Shown here in pieces: positions 37,722-45,632 of a DNA stretch of 49,944 bases. Made by a program: the position numbers and the translations under genes. Origin of the DNA: Candidatus Subterrananammoxibius californiae (GTDB lineage Bacteria > Planctomycetota > Brocadiia > Brocadiales > Subterrananammoxibiaceae); contig JAURAC010000025.1 in assembly GCA_030586555.1 (NCBI GenBank), positions 1 through 49,944 on the forward strand, in the 5' to 3' direction. A model generated the notes under the pieces. It had not been told where the DNA came from. It saw nothing but the letters and a program-made list of their open reading frames with translations, and searched no databases. Positions within the stretch are counted from its first letter, which is position 1. The number at the start of each line of letters is the position of its first letter.

Positions 37722-38744
37722 ATGAATATAATGACAGAAAAAATTAAAGTAGAGGAAGCCGTTGACATATCCGTTGTAATTCCCTTATACAACGAAGCAG
37801 AAAGCCTGGCGGAGCTATATAGCAGACTTGTAAAGACTTTATCATCTGTTTCTAACAACTATGAATTAATCTTTATAGATGATGGGAGCAAAGATGACTC
37901 ATTTTGTATATTAGAGCGGCTGCATAAAGATAACCCGAAGGTAAAGATTATTCAATTCAGGAGAAACTACGGGAAAGCCGCCGCCATTTCCACCGGGTTC
38001 AGGGAAGCAAAAGGTGAAGTGGTGATAACAATGGATGCAGACCTTCAGGACATCCCTGAGGAAATTCCCAATCTTATCTCAAAGCTAAACGAAGGGTACG
38101 ACCTGATTACAGGCTGGAGATTGAAACGATTAGACTCGTTCCCAAAGAGATTTGCATCGAGGGTCTTTAATACGATTGCATCTCTGCTTACGGGTTTGCC
38201 CATTCACGACCTCAATTGCGGACTTAAGGCGTATCGGAAAACCGTTGTTAAGGAGTTAAAGATATACGGTGAATTGCACAGATTTTTACCACTTTTAGCA
38301 CATTGTGAAGGATTCAGAATTGGAGAACAGGAACTAAGACACGACCTCAGAAAGCATGGAAAATCAAAGTATAATTCCACAAGATTTCTCAAAGGCTTTT
38401 TTGACCTATTAACTGTATTGTTCCTTAATAAATATCTTGGAAGTCCCCTACATTTCTTTGGGCTTTTTGGAATCTTTTTTTTGTTTGCTGGCGTTGGCGT
38501 CAATTCGTACATTACGTATCTGAGGGTTTCATTTGGCAATATTCAGGGTCGCTACCCGCTTCTCTTCTTAGGCGTTTTGTTAATGGTTGTTGGAATTCAG
38601 TTTATAACCACAGGACTGCTGGGTGAAATGCTGGCTGACATACACCAGGAAAACAAAGAACAACCCAAAATAAGGTGCATTCGACGGAATTTGAATGAGA
38701 AGGTTCTGCCAGCCAGGATAAAGGGCGATTCACCCCCTAATTAA
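37722..38744 (+). CDS. GT2 glycosyltransferase, ArnC/GtrB-like
   Basis: VIPLYNE, RRNYGKAAA, MDADLQD, HDLNCGLKAY, GELHRFLP. Confidence 0.93.
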   Translation: MNIMTEKIKVEEAVDISVVIPLYNEAESLAELYSRLVKTLSSVSNNYELIFIDDGSKDDSFCILERLHKDNPKVKIIQFRRNYGKAAAISTGFREAKGEVVITMDADLQDIPEEIPNLISKLNEGYDLITGWRLKRLDSFPKRFASRVFNTIASLLTGLPIHDLNCGLKAYRKTVVKELKIYGELHRFLPLLAHCEGFRIGEQELRHDLRKHGKSKYNSTRFLKGFFDLLTVLFLNKYLGSPLHFFGLFGIFFLFAGVGVNSYITYLRVSFGNIQGRYPLLFLGVLLMVVGIQFITTGLLGEMLADIHQENKEQPKIRCIRRNLNEKVLPARIKGDSPPN

Positions 38745-38748
38745 TTTT

Positions 38749-40224
38749 ATGAAGATACATTTCTTAATCCCACCATCGTCAGAGGTTGGTGGGAAAAGCC
38801 CTGATAGAATCTTTGGGTGTAATTACGCCTTCTTCTTTCAGCATAATATCTTTATCCTTTATCCTGCCACTCTCCTTAAGAAAGCAGGATACGATGTTGG
38901 GGTAATAGACTGTACTATTGAAAACAAAACTATCGCTTCTGTATTAAAGGATAAAGCAGACTTTTATGTATTCTATAGTGTTTTCTTGAGCAGAGAAATA
39001 GACCTTCAAGCCGCAAATGTAATTGAGTCCACCTTATCAAGGGATATTCCCATCATTTTCATAGGTTCAGACCCGACATACTATCCAGAAAAATATCTTC
39101 TTTCACCAAACCGCTTCGTTATCCGTGGGGAACCCGAGTATTCCCTGCTCGACTTGATTAATAACCTGAACCCCCCACCCTATACCTCCCCCTCAAGGGG
39201 GGAGGGGAGGGTGAAGGGAGAAGGCATTAGCTGGTATGATAATGGAAAGGTCATTCACAACCCCTACAGGAAGTATATAGAAGACCTCGATTCGCTACCT
39301 TTTCCAGATAGGACGCTCCTTAAAAATTCTCAAAAATACTTTAACGCAAAGTTTAAGAAACTACCATCCACAACCATTTTAACCTCGCGAGGTTGCGCCT
39401 TTAAGTGCTACTACTGCGTCCCTAATTCCTTAAGTTTTGCGAGAGAACTTGAATGTAAACGATGGACAGGAGCAAAACCTCTTGTTGTCAAAAGGGGGGT
39501 GAGTAATATTATAGAGGAGTTTAGGGATGTGGCAAGCAGTGGATACAACTCCGTCTTTATCTTAGATGACCAATTTGTCTGGGGAAAGGCAAGGACGCTT
39601 GAGATACTCGAAGGCATAAAGGATTTGAATTTAGAAATATCCCTTCTTGCAAGACCCGACATGCTGACCGATAAGGAATTAGTTAATAAAATGGCAGAAG
39701 CAGGGGTAAGACATGTTGACTTAGGAGTGGAATCATTTAATGAAAATATTTTAAGGGACATTAGAAAAGACCTCGATGTTTCATCCATTGAGAAGTCAAT
39801 CATGCTCCTGAAAGAATCAAATATCAAACCAGAAATAAACATCATGCTCGGCGCCTCCCCACTCGAAACGGAAGAAACCATAAAGGATACCCTCGAAAAG
39901 GTAAAAAGATACGATGTGGACATCGTTCACGCAAAGATATGCGCCCCGTTCCCCGGTACAGAGTTTCAGGATATTGCAAAGAAGTCGGGCTGGATGATAA
40001 CCAAAGAATATGTGCCAATTGATACGGCATGTGATTCGCTCATCTCATATCCCCATCTTTCTCGGGAGAAGCTGATAGAACTGCTAAGAGCATTTTACCG
40101 CGAGCACTACTTTAACCCCAAATACCTCACAAAACATCTTACAGCCTTGAAATCGTTCAACGAACTAAAAAACAAGGCAAGAACTGCCTTGAATATGTGG
40201 AAAAATATTATAGCTCATAGGTGA
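38749..40224 (+). CDS. Cobalamin-binding radical SAM protein (HpnJ-like architecture)
   Basis: RGEPEY, DLDSLPFP, SRGCAFKCYYC, GVES, PFPGT. Confidence 0.9.
   Translation: MKIHFLIPPSSEVGGKSPDRIFGCNYAFFFQHNIFILYPATLLKKAGYDVGVIDCTIENKTIASVLKDKADFYVFYSVFLSREIDLQAANVIESTLSRDIPIIFIGSDPTYYPEKYLLSPNRFVIRGEPEYSLLDLINNLNPPPYTSPSRGEGRVKGEGISWYDNGKVIHNPYRKYIEDLDSLPFPDRTLLKNSQKYFNAKFKKLPSTTILTSRGCAFKCYYCVPNSLSFARELECKRWTGAKPLVVKRGVSNIIEEFRDVASSGYNSVFILDDQFVWGKARTLEILEGIKDLNLEISLLARPDMLTDKELVNKMAEAGVRHVDLGVESFNENILRDIRKDLDVSSIEKSIMLLKESNIKPEINIMLGASPLETEETIKDTLEKVKRYDVDIVHAKICAPFPGTEFQDIAKKSGWMITKEYVPIDTACDSLISYPHLSREKLIELLRAFYREHYFNPKYLTKHLTALKSFNELKNKARTALNMWKNIIAHR
39171..39218. repeat. C/G-rich hairpin element, in frame
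   Basis: ccccccaccctatacctccccctcaaggggggaggggagggtgaaggg encodes PPPYTSPSRGEGRVKG. Confidence 0.85.
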
Positions 40225-40232
40225 GTGCTGAT

Positions 40233-40270
40233 AGCTATGAGCTATGAACTATGAACTATGAGCTATGAAC
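40233..40270 (+). repeat. Heptamer array (arctatg x5) overlapping the GT2 start
   Basis: agctatg agctatg aactatg aactatg agctatg. Confidence 0.9.
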
Positions 40271-41364
40271 CATCTGTCAGCATATTGATTCCCACATGCA
40301 ACCGGGCGGGGTTGTTAAAATCTGCATTAGAATCCCTTAAACACATTGATTACCCCTCGGATAGATACGAGGTCATAGTAATTGATGACGGTTCTACTGA
40401 TGACACAAAGGAAACCGTGATGGCCTTTGTAGGGGCGTATTGCAATACGCCCCTACCATATCATCTGCAATATCTCAGGCAGGAAAAGAAGGGCATTTCC
40501 GCTGCAAAGAACCTCGGCATTGCTCATTCAAAGGGTGAGATAATCGTAACAACAGATGATGACTGCGAATTTGAACGTGATTGGCTAAAGAACTTATTGA
40601 GACCCTTTGAGAATCCAGAGGTTGGCGCTGTAGGCGGACCAGACAGGGCGATGCCAGACGACCCACTCTTTACAAGATGCGTTGATTACACCATGACGTC
40701 ATTTATTGGCACGGCAGGCACACGTGGGTGGCATGGACAAACTCGTTTATCCGTGGGCAAGTACCACCCAAGAGGCTTCAATATGGCGATAAGGAAAGAC
40801 GTACTTGACAAGGTTAGAACATTTATCGAGGGTTTCGCCCCTGGAGAAGAAATTGAACTTGATTACCGCATCGAAAAGGCAGGATACCAGTTGTGTTATG
40901 CTCATGATGCCTATGTCTGGCACAAGAGAAGGGGAAACCTCTGGAAATTTGCCCGACAGATATTCAGCAGGGGTAGAAGCCGAATGGACCTGGCAAGAAT
41001 ATCTTCTGAGTTACTGGAAATCTCACACATAATCCCCGCAATAATGTTAGTGCTTGGAATTATCCTTCTAACTCTCTCATTCTTTAACCCAGTTGCTTAC
41101 GTCGTTGCTTTAAGCACATTTTCCTGCTATTTATTAATTCTTATTATTTCAGGTATTTATGCAGTAAGATATGTTAAAGACACCCGTGCCATTTTTATGG
41201 TACCGTTCCTATTACTAACACAACACATCCTATATGGAGCAGGATTTTTATGGGGAATCATACATGGTAAACGTGTCTGCGTTAATGGAATTTCTTTGTT
41301 GGTTCCTATTCCACTAATATTCCTTTTGCAAACCCTGGAAATGCCTTTTTTATTCTCACGGTGA
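40258..41364 (+). CDS. GT2 glycosyltransferase with C-terminal TMs
   Basis: SILIPTCNR, IDDGSTD, TDDDC, GFNMAIRK, VWHKRR. Confidence 0.92.
   Translation: MSYEPSVSILIPTCNRAGLLKSALESLKHIDYPSDRYEVIVIDDGSTDDTKETVMAFVGAYCNTPLPYHLQYLRQEKKGISAAKNLGIAHSKGEIIVTTDDDCEFERDWLKNLLRPFENPEVGAVGGPDRAMPDDPLFTRCVDYTMTSFIGTAGTRGWHGQTRLSVGKYHPRGFNMAIRKDVLDKVRTFIEGFAPGEEIELDYRIEKAGYQLCYAHDAYVWHKRRGNLWKFARQIFSRGRSRMDLARISSELLEISHIIPAIMLVLGIILLTLSFFNPVAYVVALSTFSCYLLILIISGIYAVRYVKDTRAIFMVPFLLLTQHILYGAGFLWGIIHGKRVCVNGISLLVPIPLIFLLQTLEMPFLFSR
40429..40456. repeat. GTAG-type REP-like palindrome, in frame
   Basis: gtaggggcgtattgcaatacgcccctac, perfect 28-mer; VGAYCNTPL. Confidence 0.92.
40726..40755 (+). repeat. 30-bp element in frame; intergenic copies at 46697-46772
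   Basis: gggtggcatggacaaactcgtttatccgtg, 29/30 match to the reverse complement of 46743-46772. Confidence 0.9.
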
Positions 41365-42667
41365 CAATGGTATTCATAAAATTATCTGTGCCGTCAAAAA
41401 CAACCTTTATATATCGTTCTGAGTAACCACAAAGTCCGCCCAAATAATTAGCGGACTCGCCATTTTGGGGGGCGAGCTTGCCTGTCTTTTTGTCGCGGCT
41501 TGCCTCAACAAGCACATCCACAGTTTCACCAATAAACCTCTCCTTATACTCAAGGGCAAGCTTATCTGCTACTGATTTAAGAAGTATTTCTCTTTGCTTT
41601 ATTTCCTGTGACTTGCAACGACCAGACATCTTTGCTGCGGGTGTTCCATTTCTTACACTGTAAGGAAAGATGTGCATCCTGCTAAAGCCTGCCTCACAGC
41701 ATACCTTTATAGTATCCTGAAAATGTTCTTCGGTCTCCCCCGGAAAGCCCACCATTACGTCCGTTGAGAAGGATGGCAACTCAATCTTCGCCCTTATCTT
41801 ATCGAGTGTTGTTAGATATTGAGCCGATGTATATCTTCTATTCATTTTACTAAGGATATAATCACTGCCACTCTGAAGGGAAAGATGGAAATGAGGACAT
41901 ATTTTTTTAGAGGTCGCTACGAGGTTAATCATCTCGTCTTCCAGCTCATTTACCTCAATAGAACTGAGCCTGATTCTTTCAAGATTATCTATTTCCTCTA
42001 ACCTGCGTAGTACATCCAGTAGGGGCGAACGGCCGTTCGCCCCTACATGCTGAAGGTCCCGACCATAAGCCCCAAGGTGGATACCCGTTAGTACAATCTC
42101 CTTATATCCATTACCAGCAAGGCGTCCTGCTTCTTCCACGATTACATCGAGACCCTTACTCCTAACCCTTCCACGCACATAGGGAATGATGCAATAAGAA
42201 CAGAATACGTCACACCCATCCTCAATCTTAAGGAATGCCCTCGTATGCCCATCGAACCTGCTTATAACCTGTACTTCTTTTAATCCCCCCATTCCCCCCT
42301 TTATTAAAGGGGGGTGAGGGGGGATTTTAGGCTCAAGAACGTCTGCTATGTTTGCCTTCTCAGCGTTTTCAAAGACATAATCCACGCCCTCGAGTCTCTC
42401 CACGGTCTTTTTATCGGCATCCACGTAGCATCCCGTAACCACCACCTTCGCATTTGCCTTGCTTCGTACAGCCTTTCTTATCATTGCCCGAGATTTTTCG
42501 TCACTTACAGAGGTGACAGTACAGGTATTTATCACATAAAGGTCAGCCTGCTCGTCAGGTAATACCTCTCTGTATCCCTTTGCTATAATAGACTCCCTTA
42601 TAGCCTGGGTCTCGTACTGGTTCACCTTACAGCCGAGGGTTATAAATGCGCAAGTTTTTTTACACAT
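41306..42667 (-). CDS. mtaB: tRNA t6A37 methylthiotransferase
   Basis: TLGCKVNQYET, INTCTVT, TRAFLKIEDGCDVFCSYCIIPYVRG, HIFPYS, TRAM domain. Confidence 0.95.
   Translation of the reverse strand: MCKKTCAFITLGCKVNQYETQAIRESIIAKGYREVLPDEQADLYVINTCTVTSVSDEKSRAMIRKAVRSKANAKVVVTGCYVDADKKTVERLEGVDYVFENAEKANIADVLEPKIPPHPPLIKGGMGGLKEVQVISRFDGHTRAFLKIEDGCDVFCSYCIIPYVRGRVRSKGLDVIVEEAGRLAGNGYKEIVLTGIHLGAYGRDLQHVGANGRSPLLDVLRRLEEIDNLERIRLSSIEVNELEDEMINLVATSKKICPHFHLSLQSGSDYILSKMNRRYTSAQYLTTLDKIRAKIELPSFSTDVMVGFPGETEEHFQDTIKVCCEAGFSRMHIFPYSVRNGTPAAKMSGRCKSQEIKQREILLKSVADKLALEYKERFIGETVDVLVEASRDKKTGKLAPQNGESANYLGGLCGYSERYIKVVFDGTDNFMNTIVTVRIKKAFPGFAKGILVE
41433..41476. repeat. Two abutting mini-hairpins in frame in mtaB
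   Basis: agtccgc-N11-gcggact and ctcgcc-N9-ggcgag; APQNGESANYLGGL. Confidence 0.75.
42019..42046. repeat. GTAG-type REP-like palindrome in mtaB
   Basis: gtaggggcgaacggccgttcgcccctac, perfect 28-mer; VGANGRSPL. Confidence 0.92.
42282..42326. repeat. C/G-rich hairpin element in mtaB
   Basis: aatccccccattcccccctttattaaaggggggtgaggggggatt; IPPHPPLIKGGMGGL. Confidence 0.9.
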
Positions 42668-44037
42668 GTCCTTATAGTACCATCCATATCAACTGGCGGC
42701 TTGATTCCTAACAAATTTAGGATTGTCGGGGCTACATCCATAATATTAAGATTATCCTCCTCAGGCGGATTGAGACCCTTCTTATTTATATAAAACAGTG
42801 CATCGTCGTATGTATGCATTCCATTTAGAATACCCTTGCCTGTCAAGGTGTTTTTGTTTACAGCCCCCTTTAAATCATACCCATATCTTGACTCAAGCAC
42901 AAGGTCTGGACCTCTGTGCAAATAGTGCCCTTTATAAATATCTTCCCTTTTATGCACTGCAAGAATCGTCTTATCCTGCGATTCAGGGTCTCTCAGATTT
43001 AGCAGATTTTCTATCAAGCAGTTTCGAACTTCCTCATACTCCCCTCCCTGAGCAACAACACCCTTTGGTTCTCTCCCCTTGAGATTTATATATATCCTTC
43101 CGGGGTCGAGGCAATAAGCCTTAGAATCCACAGAAATATCCGCAATGGACTTCGGCTGCTCACTCTTAAAACTCAAGTATCCATTTTCCTTTAGCCAGTG
43201 GTTAACATACACCTCTTTCTTCAGAGAACAGAACCCATGGTCGGAAACCATAATCAGAGTTGTACTATCATCAATCCTTTGAAGGATTTGTCCCAGTATT
43301 TCATCAATCAACCTGTAATATTCAATAAACCGTAAGCCATAGCCATTCTTCTTTTCCATATCCTCCCAGAAGAAATGATGAAGCCTATCAGTCTCGCTAA
43401 TAACCCCTATAAATAAATCCCACGCCTCCTTTTCAAAGAAATGAATTATTGCCTCCCTACGCTTTTCGATGGTCCTGTACAGGTCATCGAAAAGTTTATC
43501 CCTCGATTCCTTTGCCAACTGGGTATCAACGTCTATCTTGTATCCCATCTCTTTTAATTTTGGGACTATAGATGACGGATAGGTAGCCTTTGCAATATCA
43601 ACCGCCACAAATCCTGCTATTAAAAGTCCGTTGAGTTCTTTTGCTGGGTAGGTTGAAGGGACATTGATTACCACAGACCTTTTATCGTTAGCGCCGAGGA
43701 TATCCCATAAGGTCTCACTCATTACATTTTTTGAGTTTGGGAAGTAAAGTTCGTATGAATCAGGCTGCCTATCTGTAAAGCCAAATATGCCGTGCTTTGC
43801 AGGATTCTTGCCTGTCATAAATGACGTCCATGCAACGGATGAGACAGGCGGATGTACCGATTTCATCTTTACCAACGAGCCGCTTGTTAGAAGGTTTGAA
43901 AAATTCGGCAGTTCGCCCTGTTTAATTAAACCATCAATAAGGCTATACGGCGTCCCATCCAGCCCTAAGACCACCACCTTTTTCTTTTGTGAAAGTTTGT
44001 CAAACCAACCCATATTTATTAATATCTCCTTAAGCAT
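42640..44037 (-). CDS. Alkaline phosphatase superfamily, type I phosphodiesterase-like protein
   Basis: VLGLDG, AWTSFMTGKNPAKHGIFGF, DRLHH, VSDHG, DVAPTIL; start may be 44013. Confidence 0.9.
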   Translation of the reverse strand: MLKEILINMGWFDKLSQKKKVVVLGLDGTPYSLIDGLIKQGELPNFSNLLTSGSLVKMKSVHPPVSSVAWTSFMTGKNPAKHGIFGFTDRQPDSYELYFPNSKNVMSETLWDILGANDKRSVVINVPSTYPAKELNGLLIAGFVAVDIAKATYPSSIVPKLKEMGYKIDVDTQLAKESRDKLFDDLYRTIEKRREAIIHFFEKEAWDLFIGVISETDRLHHFFWEDMEKKNGYGLRFIEYYRLIDEILGQILQRIDDSTTLIMVSDHGFCSLKKEVYVNHWLKENGYLSFKSEQPKSIADISVDSKAYCLDPGRIYINLKGREPKGVVAQGGEYEEVRNCLIENLLNLRDPESQDKTILAVHKREDIYKGHYLHRGPDLVLESRYGYDLKGAVNKNTLTGKGILNGMHTYDDALFYINKKGLNPPEEDNLNIMDVAPTILNLLGIKPPVDMDGTIRTCVKKLAHL

Positions 44038-44057
44038 AATTGCGCTTAATAGATGAA

Positions 44058-44267
44058 CTACGCAAACACCAGACGACCTTTAGGTTCAGGAATCTGACGG
44101 CCCAGTTCTTTGGCGGTCTCAATCCACTCCTGAATGACTACTTCCACATTGGTAAGAGCCTCCTGATACGTTGCCCCATCTGCAGCACATCCGGGCAACT
44201 CTGGAACCTCTGCTATAAATGCCTTGTCTTCATCGCTCCAATAAATGATAACTTCGTACTTAATCAT
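44058..44267 (-). CDS. hicB: HicB-family antitoxin (short form)
   Basis: AEVPELPGCAADGATYQEAL...IPEPKG. Confidence 0.9.
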   Translation of the reverse strand: MIKYEVIIYWSDEDKAFIAEVPELPGCAADGATYQEALTNVEVVIQEWIETAKELGRQIPEPKGRLVFA

Positions 44268-44520
44268 CTTCTTTATCTCCCAATTTATACCTTAGAATCA
44301 CATTGCGAACCTGTTTGACCTGATAAGGTTTAGCCTTTGCTCCTTTAGGCTGTAAGTTCAAGATTTCTTCGACGCTGTCTTTAGTAAAGATGTGATGACT
44401 ACCCCGAACCCGTTCCTCAAATCCCAACTTTCGCAACAATTGACACATTCCAGCAAAGGAAATATTGGCATCGGATGTACCACACAAAATTCGATCAAGA
44501 AGTTTGTTGCGTCGGCGCAT
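44260..44520 (-). CDS. hicA: HicA-family toxin
   Basis: LGFEERVRGSHHIF, AKPYQVKQV. Confidence 0.88.
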   Translation of the reverse strand: MRRRNKLLDRILCGTSDANISFAGMCQLLRKLGFEERVRGSHHIFTKDSVEEILNLQPKGAKAKPYQVKQVRNVILRYKLGDKEDD

Positions 44521-44600
44521 TCGATTTTCTCTTCAACTCTAATAATACGAGTTTCCTTACGATGTTGGGCTTCTTATATTATCCCAAATGAGCAACTGAT

Positions 44601-44672
44601 ACACCCCCCCTGTCCCCTCTAAAAGGGCTTGTCCCTGAATGTTTTTATCAGGGAGGGGATTTAGGAGTGTGT
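44601..44672. repeat. Intergenic C/G-rich hairpin interrupted by a CCCTGAA..TCAGGG element
   Basis: acacccccc-tgtcccctct-aaaag[..ccctgaatgtttttatcaggg]aggggatttaggagtgtgt. Confidence 0.7.
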
Positions 44673-44690
44673 AAGGTTATTTCTTCTTTC

Positions 44691-44713
44691 CTTTTTTAAA
44701 TGAATTTTGAAGG
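44691..44713 (+). repeat. 23-bp exact direct repeat copy 1; partner at 45579-45601
   Basis: cttttttaaatgaattttgaagg at both sites. Confidence 0.85.
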
Positions 44714-44746
44714 TTTGACCAATTTAATTCTCTAACAATTAAGATT

Positions 44747-45250
44747 TCATAGAGGCTTATAAAGTGTGACAAAGTCTACCATTTCGAAGTCAGAGTCGTT
44801 GGAGGCAAGATTATTGATTTTTAAGTCTTTCATAATCTGAAGAATTAGAGCGTCATTAGAAAGAAAACCAAACTGCCTTTTCATTTGTTGGCTTCGCTCG
44901 ATAGTATGGATGTCAGGAGATATTATTTCTAAATCGAACGAGGCTACCTTTTCTGGAATACACTGATGACTTACCAATTTCTTAACAATATTGGGATGGG
45001 CTTTTAGATACTTTACCAACTCCTTTATCTTTATATCGGGAAGGATAGTGGCAGCTTCAACAATCATCATGCGATGTGTTACTTCCTGTACTACTAATGT
45101 AGAGGTAATACCAGTAATTTCTCTTCTTTCTGCTCGTTCTAAGAAGTTTGAACTGGCTGGATTAAGTCTGGATTTTTTGGAGAAGTGGTAGACAAAGATA
45201 TTGGCATCTATGAAGATAGAAGCGCCATCTACCAGATCAGAGAGAACCAT
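44747..45250 (-). CDS. PIN-domain (VapC-like) toxin
   Basis: IFIDANIFVY, QEV, NDALI, ASNDSDF. Confidence 0.9.
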   Translation of the reverse strand: MVLSDLVDGASIFIDANIFVYHFSKKSRLNPASSNFLERAERREITGITSTLVVQEVTHRMMIVEAATILPDIKIKELVKYLKAHPNIVKKLVSHQCIPEKVASFDLEIISPDIHTIERSQQMKRQFGFLSNDALILQIMKDLKINNLASNDSDFEMVDFVTLYKPL

Positions 45251-45252
45251 GA

Positions 45253-45459
45253 TTAACCCTCTTCAAGAAGAAGTTCCGGGGAAAGGGCTATCTCATCTAT
45301 AGTACTATCATCAAGACCGCTAAACATACCTTTAGTTGCCTTGACAACGCTCGTTTCTTTCTCAAAGATTACCCTGACTTTCTCATGTTCTTTTAGTTTC
45401 AACGGAGACAAAGGTTTTAAGACCCCGTCTTCGTATATAGCCTCTACGCTCCTCGGCAT
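45253..45459 (-). CDS. AF2212/DUF104-like antitoxin
   Basis: VEAIYEDGVLKPLSPLKLKEHEKVRV. Confidence 0.88.
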   Translation of the reverse strand: MPRSVEAIYEDGVLKPLSPLKLKEHEKVRVIFEKETSVVKATKGMFSGLDDSTIDEIALSPELLLEEG

Positions 45460-45508
45460 TTCTGCACCTCCCGATACTGAATAATCAATAAATAATTATC
45501 CCATTTCA

Positions 45509-45537
45509 ATATTATCTTAAAGACTGATGATTGTCAA
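45509..45537 (-). promoter_or_regulatory. Putative sigma70 promoter of the antitoxin-PIN operon
   Basis: Minus strand TTGACA-17 nt-TAATAT. Confidence 0.5.
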
Positions 45538-45578
45538 ACCACTTTTAGCCTGCGTTATCTACCTTTTGAGGGCATTTT

Positions 45579-45601
45579 CTTTTTTAAATGAATTTTGAAG
45601 G
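45579..45601 (+). repeat. 23-bp exact direct repeat copy 2
   Basis: Identical to 44691-44713. Confidence 0.85.
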
Positions 45602-45632
45602 GTTGCCCCCCATTACACACCACTGCCCTGCC

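Noticed and set aside
14310..40224. Ladderane or other fatty-acid-derived lipid biosynthesis cluster
   Set aside because: No ACP, FabF/FabZ/FabG or desaturase-like genes; the context is glycosyltransferase-dominated and host taxonomy is unproven
14310..40224. Assigning hpnP, hpnR, hpnJ or bchE symbols to the B12 radical SAMs
   Set aside because: Only family-level motifs are visible; no shc or other hpn/bch genes in the window
41306..41364. 59-bp convergent overlap of GT2 and mtaB as a regulatory device
   Set aside because: More simply a lost stop codon extending the GT2 tail; no supporting signal
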